Assembly: GCA_037444405.1 (NCBI GenBank)
Contig: JBBIML010000006.1
Span: 160,001 to 224,000, forward strand
Direction: 5' to 3'
From: Armatimonadota bacterium
GTDB lineage: Bacteria > Armatimonadota > Fimbriimonadia > Fimbriimonadales > GBS-DC
Length of the DNA: 64,000 nucleotides
Of the stretch, positions 35,123-43,639 are shown one piece after another. Position numbers and translations under genes: made by a program. Numbering within the stretch: position 1 is the stretch's first letter; every line of letters starts with the position of its first letter. Under the pieces are notes generated by a model, which worked only from the letters and a program-made list of their open reading frames with translations, ran no database searches and had not been told where the DNA came from.

Positions 35123-37168
35123 ATGAGTGCGTTCGTTCCGCTGACAGGGGTGCAACTACCGCACACCTGCCGCCGTCGCAAGACGCGCGAGGTCCGGGTG
35201 GGCGATATCGGGATTGGGGGGAACAATCCCGTCCGTGTGCAGACAATGATCACCGCCGAGACGATGAACACGCTCGCCGCCGTCGAGCAGATTATCCAGC
35301 TCTACGAGGCGGGCGCGGAAATCGTGCGCGTCACCGCGCCTAACCTGCGCGAGGCACAAAACCTCGGCGAAATCAAAGCCGAACTGCGACGGCGCGGCTA
35401 CGGACATATCCCGCTCGTCGCCGATGTGCATCACCAGGGCATGGAAATCGCCCTCGAATGCACCAGACATGTGGAAAAGATTCGCATCAATCCGGGGCTG
35501 TTCGTGTTCCGCAAGCCTGACCCCAGCCGCGTGGAATACAGCCAGAGCGAGATTCAGCAGGAGCTAGAAGCCATCGAGCAGGCGCTCCTGCCTGTGATCC
35601 GCGCCTGCAAGGAGCGCGGCGTCGCCATGCGCATCGGCGTCAATCACGGCAGCCTCTCGGAGCGCATCAAGGTGATGTACGGCGACTCGCCCGTCGGAAT
35701 GGTCGAATCGGCATTAGAGTATATTCGCATCTGCGAGGCGCACGGCTTCAAAGATATCGTCATCTCGCTCAAGGCAAGTCGCGTGCCCGTGATGCTCTCG
35801 GCAAACCGCCTGATGGTGGAGCGCATGAACCAGCTGGGCATGGACTATCCCCTGCATCTGGGCGTGACAGAGGCGGGCGACGGGATGTATGCCCGTATCA
35901 AGAGCGCAATCGGCATCGGCACCCTGCTGGCGGAAGGCATCGGCGACACCATTCGCGTCTCGCTCGCCGAAGACCCGCTGAACGAGATCGAGGTGTGCTA
36001 CGACATCCTGCAGGCGCTGGGACTGCGCAAGACCAAAGTGGAATATATCGCCTGCCCCTCCTGCGGACGCACCAAGTTTGACCTGCCAACCGTGCTGAAC
36101 CAGGTGCGCGAAGCCACCAAACATCTGGTGGGACTGGACATCGCCGTGATGGGCTGCCTGCCATCCGACCAGCCCGTGATGACCGAGTCGGGGCTGAAAC
36201 CCATTCATCGGATTCAGGTGGGCGAGCGCGTGCTAACCGAGCAGGGCACGCTGGAGCCTGTATCCGCCATCGAGAGCCATTCATTCGAGGGCGAGCTGAT
36301 AGAGATTGTGCCGCGCGGCGCACCGCCCCTGCGCCTGACGCCCAATCACCCCGTGCTGGCGCTCACCCGCTCCTGCACAATTAAAGGCGACCGACCACGC
36401 TGGCAAAACATGGCAGACCTCATCAATCGCTGGCAGGAAGCACGCTGGTACCCGGCGCAGGAGATTACCCGCAATCATGTATTGCTCTACCCTGTGCTGA
36501 AAGAGAACCAGATATCGGAGCGCGTTCCTGACGAACCAAAGCAGATTATCGAATACCTGCAGAAGCTCTGGCGGTGTGATGGCTATTGTGGGGTGGTCCG
36601 AGGCTATCCGTGTGCCAGCTATGTGACGGTTTCGCCAGCGCTCGCCTTTGTCGTTCACCAGTTGCTTCTGCGGCTGGGGATACCAGCGTCGCTGACGGTC
36701 AGGCAACCTGCAAACCGCCAGCGTACATACATCATCAGTGTCACCAGCGGCGATGGGCTGCGGCGATTCGCCGACCGCCTTGGCTTCAAGGTGGAAGTGC
36801 CTGAAAGCCGTCAGCGTACGGGGCAGCTCGCGCTCGATTCACGCTACCTCTATCTGCCCGTTGCAGCAGTGAGGCGCCTTCCCTATCGGGGCACGGTTCA
36901 CAATCTGGAGGTGGCGCACGCGCACACCTATGTCGGCTCACTCTGCGTGGTGCATAACTGCATCGTGAACGGACCAGGCGAGATGGCGGATGCAGATTAT
37001 GGCTATGTGGGGCGCGGGTCGGGTAAAATCGCGCTCTATCGCAAAGGGCAGCTCGTTAAAAACGATATTCCTGCCGAACGCGGCGTGGAAGAGCTGATCG
37101 CGCTGCTCAAAGCCGATGGCGTGTGGCGCGATCCGCCAGCAACCAATCACAACGATGGAGGTCAATAA
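35123..37168 (+). CDS. ispG: (E)-4-hydroxy-3-methylbut-2-enyl-diphosphate synthase, intein-containing precursor
   Basis: 'IPLVADVH', 'KIRINPG', '[10 protein letters not shown]', '[11 protein letters not shown]', '[10 protein letters not shown]', 'ACPSCGRT', 'IAVMG|intein|[15 protein letters not shown]'; 413 aa after removing the intein. Confidence 0.97.
   Translation: MSAFVPLTGVQLPHTCRRRKTREVRVGDIGIGGNNPVRVQTMITAETMNTLAAVEQIIQLYEAGAEIVRVTAPNLREAQNLGEIKAELRRRGYGHIPLVADVHHQGMEIALECTRHVEKIRINPGLFVFRKPDPSRVEYSQSEIQQELEAIEQALLPVIRACKERGVAMRIGVNHGSLSERIKVMYGDSPVGMVESALEYIRICEAHGFKDIVISLKASRVPVMLSANRLMVERMNQLGMDYPLHLGVTEAGDGMYARIKSAIGIGTLLAEGIGDTIRVSLAEDPLNEIEVCYDILQALGLRKTKVEYIACPSCGRTKFDLPTVLNQVREATKHLVGLDIAVMGCLPSDQPVMTESGLKPIHRIQVGERVLTEQGTLEPVSAIESHSFEGELIEIVPRGAPPLRLTPNHPVLALTRSCTIKGDRPRWQNMADLINRWQEARWYPAQEITRNHVLLYPVLKENQISERVPDEPKQIIEYLQKLWRCDGYCGVVRGYPCASYVTVSPALAFVVHQLLLRLGIPASLTVRQPANRQRTYIISVTSGDGLRRFADRLGFKVEVPESRQRTGQLALDSRYLYLPVAAVRRLPYRGTVHNLEVAHAHTYVGSLCVVHNCIVNGPGEMADADYGYVGRGSGKIALYRKGQLVKNDIPAERGVEELIALLKADGVWRDPPATNHNDGGQ
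36155..36958 (+). mobile_element. Intein (268 aa) in IspG with a partial LAGLIDADG-type region
   Basis: Starts '[28 protein letters not shown]' (block A), block B 'LRLTPNHPV', ends '[21 protein letters not shown]' followed by +1 Cys; internal '[11 protein letters not shown]' and 'LLLRLGI' resemble endonuclease blocks E and H. Confidence 0.95.
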
Positions 37169-37170
37169 CG

Positions 37171-37623
37171 ATGGGTCTGTTAGGGTTTCAATCGAAGCGG
37201 TTGCCGCGCACCAATCTGCGCGATCTGCGGGCGCGACTGACAAAACAGAAGGGCAAGGTCGTCCTGCTGAACTTCTGGGCGACATGGTGCCAGCCCTGCG
37301 TGGAGGAGTTCCCCGCGCTGGTCAGGCTCTACAACAACTATCGCAAGCGGGGTGTGGTGGTGATCGCCGTCTCGGTGGATGACCCCGAAACCGCCGATGA
37401 GGTCGTTCAGCCGTTTCTGAAGCGAATGCGCGCGACCTTCCCCGTGCTGGTGCTGGATCAGGATTCCGACCAGTTCATTCGCGGCTTCGATAACGAATGG
37501 GGCGGTGAGGTGCCGCGCACCTACCTCTATAGCAAGTCGGGCAAGCGCCTGAAGGCGTGGTCGGGTTCGCGCACCTACGCCGAGTTCGAGAAAGAGATCA
37601 AGGAGGCGCTGAAACAGCGGTGA
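37171..37623 (+). CDS. TlpA/ResA-like thiol-disulfide oxidoreductase
   Basis: 'KGKVVLLNFWATWCQPC.EEFP.L', cis-Pro 'VPRT'; RBS GGAGG before ATG 37171. Confidence 0.9.
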   Translation: MGLLGFQSKRLPRTNLRDLRARLTKQKGKVVLLNFWATWCQPCVEEFPALVRLYNNYRKRGVVVIAVSVDDPETADEVVQPFLKRMRATFPVLVLDQDSDQFIRGFDNEWGGEVPRTYLYSKSGKRLKAWSGSRTYAEFEKEIKEALKQR

Positions 37624-38477
37624 GCGAACGGATGCGCCGACTGCGCTTCTGGAAAGTGGAGGCGGTCGGCAACGACTTTGTGCTGGTGGATGCCGATTCT
37701 GTTCAGGGCGAGAACCTGCCTGCGCTGGCTCAGCGGCTGTGCCATCGTCCGCTGGGCATCGGCGGCGACGGCTTGCTGATTATCGGCAGGGGCGAGCGCG
37801 AAGCGCTTGCCATGCGGATGTTCAACCCCGACGGCACAGAAGACTTCTGCGGCAACGGACTGCGCTGTGTCGCCCGATTCGCCTATGAGCATGGCTATGT
37901 GGACACGCCCCGGTTCGCCATCGAGACCATCAGCGGCGTCGTGCCCGTGCGCCTGAACCTGCGCGACGGTGTGGTGGAGTCGATCACGACCGAGCTGCCG
38001 CCGCCGCGCTTTCACCCGCGCGACATCCCGATACGGGTTGAGGGCGAGCAGGTGCTGGACTACCCGTTAACCGTGAGCGGGCGCGAGGTTCGATTGTGGG
38101 CGGTCAACACGGGCACCACGCACAGCGTCATCTTCACCGACCGCCTGCCCGACGACGAGCTGTTTGAGCAGATCAGTCCGCGCATCGAGACCCATCCACT
38201 GTTTCCGGAGCGTACCAGTGTGCTATGGGCATTGATGGAGTCACCGAACCGATTCGCTGTGCGCATCTGGGAGCGCGGGGTGGGCGAAACCCAGGGCTGC
38301 GGTAGCGGCGCGGCGGCGGTCGCCGTGCTGGCGCACTTGGCTAACTGGGCAAAAAACCCGGTGGAGGTGCGCTCGCGCGGCGGCGTGCTGACCGTCGAGT
38401 GGGAGCCTGGCACTCCCATCCGGCTGACGGGTCCCGCAACCCTGCGCTTTGAAGGTCTCTACAATCTCTCTGCCTGA
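37620..38477 (+). CDS. dapF: Diaminopimelate epimerase
   Basis: 'GNDFV', 'GIGGDG', 'NPDG...FCGNGLRC', 'WERGVGET.GCGSG'. Start GTG 37620 or ATG 37632. Confidence 0.95.
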   Translation: MSERMRRLRFWKVEAVGNDFVLVDADSVQGENLPALAQRLCHRPLGIGGDGLLIIGRGEREALAMRMFNPDGTEDFCGNGLRCVARFAYEHGYVDTPRFAIETISGVVPVRLNLRDGVVESITTELPPPRFHPRDIPIRVEGEQVLDYPLTVSGREVRLWAVNTGTTHSVIFTDRLPDDELFEQISPRIETHPLFPERTSVLWALMESPNRFAVRIWERGVGETQGCGSGAAAVAVLAHLANWAKNPVEVRSRGGVLTVEWEPGTPIRLTGPATLRFEGLYNLSA

Positions 38478-38479
38478 TC

Positions 38480-38965
38480 CCGAGCAGGGAGAAATACCCT
38501 TGCCTCATCGCGCTCGTCGGGATGGAGACGCGGTAAGCGATTGACGAACCGCATTGCTGGGTAATCTGCTGAACCGCCTGACGCACCGCAGGCAGCTGGG
38601 GGTCGTTGCTGCGGCAGGGGATGGTCACGGCATATGCGGCTCGTAACCCGGCATCCCGGGCGGGGCACTGGTTGTCCAGAACGGCTTGCAGTGGTCGAAC
38701 ATCAATTTGAGCTGGCGCTGAACCAGCTCTGCCACCGTCTCAAATGTTCAGCTCGTCGGGTCGGGTGCGATGCTCCTTACCGCTGGGGTCGGTCCAGATG
38801 ACGATGGCTTGCAATGTTGGATCGTCGGCGTAGACCGCGCGGCTCCTGACCTCACGCGAAGGCAGAGCCATCGCCAGGCTCAAGAATCTGAACCGATTGC
38901 GCCATTGCGCTGTGCAGGGCGCCAGCGAACACCCCTGCTAACCATAGTCGGACATACCCGCGCAC
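38480..38965 (-). pseudogene. Probable degraded gene for a secreted protein
   Basis: TATAAT and AGGAGG precede GTG 38965; reads MRGYVRLWLAGVFAGALHSAMAQSVQILEPGDGSAFA* (signal peptide then early stop), followed by short broken frames. 3' limit uncertain. Confidence 0.4.
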
Positions 38966-39014
38966 GCAATCCCCTCCTATTTGCAGGGGATTATACCAGT
39001 CAGCGGCGCGGGTC

Positions 39015-39251
39015 CATTGGCATCAATTTAAGCCTCCTTTTCCAAGCGGCAACTGAAAGGTCGCAGGACGCCTCCGACGCCGACACACCGGTGGGTTTGC
39101 GTTGGCGTTGGACGAATCCAATTTGTTGGGTGAGGGCGTCGGCTACAGCGCCGAGGCGTTGGCGCATGCGAGTTTCCATCTGTTCCACGAGGGAGTGGTG
39201 TCGTTCCATCATGCTAAGATTATAGCCCAGAAGGGCTTAAATTGATCAATG
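39015..39251 (-). mobile_element. Internally deleted IS4/IS231-like miniature element, copy 2 (inverted relative to copy 1)
   Basis: Colinear with 34290-34520 over about 225 bp; terminal repeats share ATCAATTTAAGCC; encodes 'LTQQIGFVQRQRKPTG'. Confidence 0.78.
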
Positions 39252-39386
39252 ACCCCAGTTTAGCCCCTATCAAGGGGTTCGGCGGGCGTCTGGTTGTCAG
39301 GTGTGATTGGCGCCTCCCGCATAAGCAGAACAAAGCGTCGAGCGGCAGGAACCTCATCACCAACGCTGTATTCTGACAGAGTTATC

Positions 39387-41381
39387 ATGCACGCTGATGA
39401 CCTGATGAGGCTGTTGCGGGAGCGGTTCGGGTTTGAGTCGTTCCGCGAAGGACAGCAAGAGGCGATTCAGGCGGCGCTGGAGGGCAAGCGGGGGCTGCTG
39501 ATTCAGCCGACAGGCTGGGGCAAGAGCCTGGTGTATCAGATGATTGCCGCCCTGCGCGGGCTGACGCTGGTGTTCTCGCCCCTGCGGGCGCTGATGCGCG
39601 ATCAGGTGCGTCAGGCGTGCGAGCGCTATGCCCTGCGCGCCGATACCGTCAACTCCGATATGAGCCTCGAGGATCAGCAGGCGGTGCTGGAACGCGCCGC
39701 AGCGGGCGAGCTCGACCTGCTCTATATCGCGCCTGAACGACTGGGCAACCCACTCTGGCAGGACCATCAGCAACAGCTGCCGATCCGCGCGGTGGTCATC
39801 GACGAGGCGCACTGCGTCTCCATCTGGGGACACGATTTCCGTCCCGAATATCGGCGGATTGTGAACCTGGTGCGTCTGTTACCGCCCGAGGTGCCCGTGG
39901 TCGCGGTGACGGCGACCGCCACACCCCGCGTCGAGCAGGATGTGCGCGAGCAGATTGGCGAGCCGTTCCACATTCTGCGGGGCTCGCTGATGCGCCCTAA
40001 CCTCTGCCTCTATGTTCAGCCCGTGCAATCGGACGCCGAAAAGCTTGCCTGGGTGGATCATCTGCTCGGTCTTCTGCCTGGCAGCGGGCTTGTCTACACC
40101 GCGACGCGCGCCAGCTGCGAATGGCTCGCCCAGTATCTTCAGCAGCGCGGGCACGTCGTGGCGCACTACCATGCCGGGCTGGGTGCGGAGCGCGCCGCCC
40201 TCGAACAGCGCCTGATTCAGAACGACCTCAAAGCGCTGGTCTGCACGAACGCGCTCGGCATGGGGCTGGACAAACCCGACCTGCGCTTCGTGATTCATGC
40301 CGAGACGCCCGCCTCGCCCCTGCACTACTATCAGGAAATCGGGCGGTCAGGTCGCGACGGCGAACGCTCCTACTGCATCCTGCTCGCCCATCCCGACGAT
40401 AAGACCCTGCAAACCAGCATGATTCGCACCAGTCGCCCGCCTCCCGACGCTTATCAGCAGGTGTATCAGCTGCTTCAGCAACAGCCGATGCGCGAGCGGG
40501 AGCTGGCGCTCCACACCGGGCTGACCCAGAACAGCCTGCGCACGATCCTGTATGACCTGATGGATCAGGGGCTGCTGGTGCGCGACAGCGAGCGGTACTA
40601 CCGCGCCACAGGGCATGGTGCCATCGATCACAGCCATTATCAGGTGGTGCTGGACGCGAAGCTCAACGATCTGGAGGCGATGATTGCCTACTGGCATCTG
40701 CGCGAGTGTCGAATGCGCTATCTGTGCCGCTTTCTGGGCGATGCGACCGCAGCGGCGTGCAGTCGGTGCGACCGCTGCCGACGGCGACGGCTCGCGCCGC
40801 CCGACCCAGCCCTGATAGTGCAGGCGGAACGGTTCGCCTATCACCCACCACTGATTCTGACGGCGGTTTATCAGAAGGAGCAGATCTACGCGATGGGCTT
40901 CGCGCTGAGCTACTATGGGGGCACACCTGTCGGGGAAGCTATTCACCAGTGCAAATATGCGGACGGCGGCGCACTGCCCGATTGGGCTATCCAGCAGGCG
41001 GCGGTGTTCCTGCGCGAGCGGTTCCCGCTACAGGCGATTCACGCGCTGGTGCCCATCCCGCCCAGCATCAGCGGCGGCTTCGTTGAGGAGTTCACGGCGC
41101 GATTAGCGGCGCAGCTCAACCTGCGCTTTCTGCCGATTCTGCGCAAGACGCGCCCCACACGCCCGCAAAAAGACTGGACGAACAGCGTTCAGAAAGCGGA
41201 GAACCTGCGCGACGCCATCGAATGTGTCCAGCCCCTGCAGGGCGAGTGCCTGCTGATAGTGGACGATGTGTGCGATTCGGGCGTGACGCTGGAGGTGGCA
41301 GGTAAAATTTTGAAGCGAGCGGGCGCAGGCACGCTCTACGCCTTCTGTTTAGCCCGCACCCGCCATCGGGGTGATTTGTGA
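39387..41381 (+). CDS. RecQ-like helicase with C-terminal phosphoribosyltransferase domain (RqlH-like)
   Basis: 'QPTGWGKS', 'DEAHCVS.WGHDFRP', 'QEIGRSGRDG', Zn site 'CRM......GD.....CSRCDRC', PRTase 'LLIVDDVCDSG.TL'. Confidence 0.9.
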   Translation: MHADDLMRLLRERFGFESFREGQQEAIQAALEGKRGLLIQPTGWGKSLVYQMIAALRGLTLVFSPLRALMRDQVRQACERYALRADTVNSDMSLEDQQAVLERAAAGELDLLYIAPERLGNPLWQDHQQQLPIRAVVIDEAHCVSIWGHDFRPEYRRIVNLVRLLPPEVPVVAVTATATPRVEQDVREQIGEPFHILRGSLMRPNLCLYVQPVQSDAEKLAWVDHLLGLLPGSGLVYTATRASCEWLAQYLQQRGHVVAHYHAGLGAERAALEQRLIQNDLKALVCTNALGMGLDKPDLRFVIHAETPASPLHYYQEIGRSGRDGERSYCILLAHPDDKTLQTSMIRTSRPPPDAYQQVYQLLQQQPMRERELALHTGLTQNSLRTILYDLMDQGLLVRDSERYYRATGHGAIDHSHYQVVLDAKLNDLEAMIAYWHLRECRMRYLCRFLGDATAAACSRCDRCRRRRLAPPDPALIVQAERFAYHPPLILTAVYQKEQIYAMGFALSYYGGTPVGEAIHQCKYADGGALPDWAIQQAAVFLRERFPLQAIHALVPIPPSISGGFVEEFTARLAAQLNLRFLPILRKTRPTRPQKDWTNSVQKAENLRDAIECVQPLQGECLLIVDDVCDSGVTLEVAGKILKRAGAGTLYAFCLARTRHRGDL

Positions 41382-42259
41382 AGATGGAAGAGCGCGAGTG
41401 GGTCTACTGGATGCTGATGGCTCATTCCGACAGTCGTGCCCTACGCCAGCGGTTCCGCGACCAGCAGCCGCAGGATGTGGGCGCGTTTCTGCGTGACCAG
41501 CCCGAATGGGCGCAGATGGAGGCGCAGCTGGCGCAGGAGGCGCTGACCCTCCACGAGTTCTTGCAGCAGGGCGGGCTGTTCCTGACCCTCTACCATCCGG
41601 GCTATCCTGAACGGCTGCGCCTGACAGCCTCGATACCCCCGCCGCCAGTGCTGTACGCGCTGGGCAGTCTATCCCTGCTCGACGCCCAGCCGCTGGTCGC
41701 CATCGCTGGCTCGCGCAACGCCTCCCGCCAGGCGCAGGAGGCAACCCCCGCCGTCGTTCAGCAACTGGTCGCGCAGGGCTACGGGATTATCACAGGCTTC
41801 GCGAAGGGCGTCGATCAGATGGCTGCCCGCACCGCGCTGGATGCAAATGGCATCACCATCGGCGTGCTGCCGCAGGGACTGCTGTCCCGACTCACCCAGC
41901 AGCTCGCGCGCGAATGGATGGAGCCACTGAACGACGACCGCCTGCTGTTCCTCTCGGAGCTGCATCCCCGCGCCGAGTGGTCACCGCGCTTCGCCATGAT
42001 GCGCAACCGCCTGATTGCCGCCCTCGCCGAGTTCGTGGTGATTATCGAATCGGGCGCCCGCGAATCGCAAAAGAACGGCAAAACGGTGTTGAGCGGCACC
42101 TATCAGTGCGCCGAGATTGCACACCGGACGGGTCGCCCCGTGTATGTGCTGGACCTGCCCGCGCCAGGCAATCAGCAGCTCCTGCAGGAGGGCATCGCCC
42201 GCCCCTGGCAAGGACACCATGCAGCGGCGCCGTCGGAGCAACCGAACCTTTTCGAGTAG
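41378..42259 (+). CDS. DprA/Smf-domain protein (RqlI-like partner)
   Basis: 'YP.RL......PP.LY..G...LL', 'VAIAGSRNAS', 'I.G.A.GVD..A...AL', 'M.RNRLIAAL'; 4-bp overlap with the helicase gene. Confidence 0.88.
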   Translation: MKMEEREWVYWMLMAHSDSRALRQRFRDQQPQDVGAFLRDQPEWAQMEAQLAQEALTLHEFLQQGGLFLTLYHPGYPERLRLTASIPPPPVLYALGSLSLLDAQPLVAIAGSRNASRQAQEATPAVVQQLVAQGYGIITGFAKGVDQMAARTALDANGITIGVLPQGLLSRLTQQLAREWMEPLNDDRLLFLSELHPRAEWSPRFAMMRNRLIAALAEFVVIIESGARESQKNGKTVLSGTYQCAEIAHRTGRPVYVLDLPAPGNQQLLQEGIARPWQGHHAAAPSEQPNLFE

Positions 42260-42280
42260 GGGCGCACCGCCGTGCGCCCT
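42256..42280 (+). repeat. GTAG-type REP-like palindrome overlapping the dprA-like stop codon
   Basis: GTAGGGGCGCAC-CGCC-GTGCGCCCT. Confidence 0.6.
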
Positions 42281-42324
42281 TTTCGAGCGCACCACTTGCG
42301 CTCCTGCAACTTCAACTCTTCAGC

Positions 42325-42493
42325 GAGGCTGTTCGAAAAATCCATCCAGAGGCAAGGATGCCCCTCACCCCTACTCTCTCCCCAGCAGGGAGAGGGAGTT
42401 TATCAGCCCCTCTCCCCCGCCTGTGAGGGAGAGGGTGCGGGTGAGGGGGCTTCACTCAGGTCGATATTCTGCCCCGAATTTTCGAACAGCCTC
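42325..42493. mobile_element. 169-bp MITE with 15-bp perfect TIRs and a 10-bp target-site duplication
   Basis: GAGGCTGTTCGAAAA (42325-42339) / TTTTCGAACAGCCTC (42479-42493), flanked by ACTCTTCAGC at 42315-42324 and 42494-42503. Confidence 0.85.
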
Positions 42494-42498
42494 ACTCT

Positions 42499-43578
42499 TC
42501 AGCCGACGCGGCGCCAGCGCAGGTAGAGGGCGCTGCCGCCCATCATCACTATCAGGATAGTAACGGTGCCCGGTTCAGGCACGCCGTCGCCGCCCCAGTT
42601 GCTGCCTGCACCCCACCGGTCGATCCGAACCCGCAAAAACACAGGCGCATGATCGGAGGCGCTCGGGCTGTCGTTAATATCAAACCCATCTGGCAGCATG
42701 CCCTCTGGAAAACGGCGCGTGTTAAATAAAATCGCCTCCAGGATAGTAATCCGATCGCGTCCCAGCTCCACCTCCGAAGTGAGCAGGTAATCGAACCGAT
42801 TGCGCAGGTCAGAGTTGCGCGTCGTCACTTTATAGGTGCGCTTGCCGTCCAGCGCGTCGACGGGTATATGGTCGCGCAGGCGAGCCGACTTAACGGTGCT
42901 GATGGGCGCGTAGGTGCGTCCGTCGGGCAGCGTGCCACCGATATCGAACAGCGAGTTCAGGTCGGGGTCTTCGTTCTCGTTCAGGTCGCCGCCCAGCACA
43001 TAGGCGGAGCGTCGGTGCTGGAGTCGCCATCGGCGCACCTCGTCGCGCGTGCGCTCGGCATTCGTCTGGCGTTTGACCGCATCGTTGGTGTAGCCGCCCG
43101 CCTTGAAATGCGCCCCAAAGATGCCCAGTCCGTTCGTGCCTGGCACATCCACCCAGCCGATGGTCAGTCCCCGATTGGGCGAGCCAATGTTCACATCGCC
43201 AATCTCCAGAAACCGATAACGGCTGATAACGGCGGAGCTGATCCAGCCGTCGCTGTTGCGGTTCACATAAACATAAAAGTCGACGCCGGGCTGCGGATTG
43301 GCGCCATAGTAGGTGAGATGGGTCTGCACGAAGCTGATAAGCGCAGCTTCCTGTGCAGCGGGGTCCCAACCCGATCTGTTGCCACCCACCTCGTGCAGAA
43401 GCCAGATGTCGGGGCGGAGATAGTTGGCAATTCTGGCGACATAGGGTTGCGCCGCGCTGTTGGGTTCGTTCGCGCCGATTGCCCGCCCGATGTTCCAGCT
43501 CATAATGCGCAACTCTGTCGCCCACGCGCCCGTTAGAAGCCAGCCGAGCGCCAGCACCACGCCGTATCTCGCTTTCAT
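42499..43578 (-). CDS. Endonuclease/exonuclease/phosphatase family protein with PEP-CTERM
   Basis: Signal peptide, 'RIMSWNI', 'PDIWLL.EV', 'GGDLNE', 'RFDYLL', 'SDHAPV', 'VPEPGT' + TM + basic tail. Confidence 0.9.
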   Translation of the reverse strand: MKARYGVVLALGWLLTGAWATELRIMSWNIGRAIGANEPNSAAQPYVARIANYLRPDIWLLHEVGGNRSGWDPAAQEAALISFVQTHLTYYGANPQPGVDFYVYVNRNSDGWISSAVISRYRFLEIGDVNIGSPNRGLTIGWVDVPGTNGLGIFGAHFKAGGYTNDAVKRQTNAERTRDEVRRWRLQHRRSAYVLGGDLNENEDPDLNSLFDIGGTLPDGRTYAPISTVKSARLRDHIPVDALDGKRTYKVTTRNSDLRNRFDYLLTSEVELGRDRITILEAILFNTRRFPEGMLPDGFDINDSPSASDHAPVFLRVRIDRWGAGSNWGGDGVPEPGTVTILIVMMGGSALYLRWRRVG

Positions 43579-43639
43579 ACCGCCCTATTATAGCCCATAC
43601 ACGCCCGGAAAGGTATCCTGAAAGGGAGAATTTGCACCG

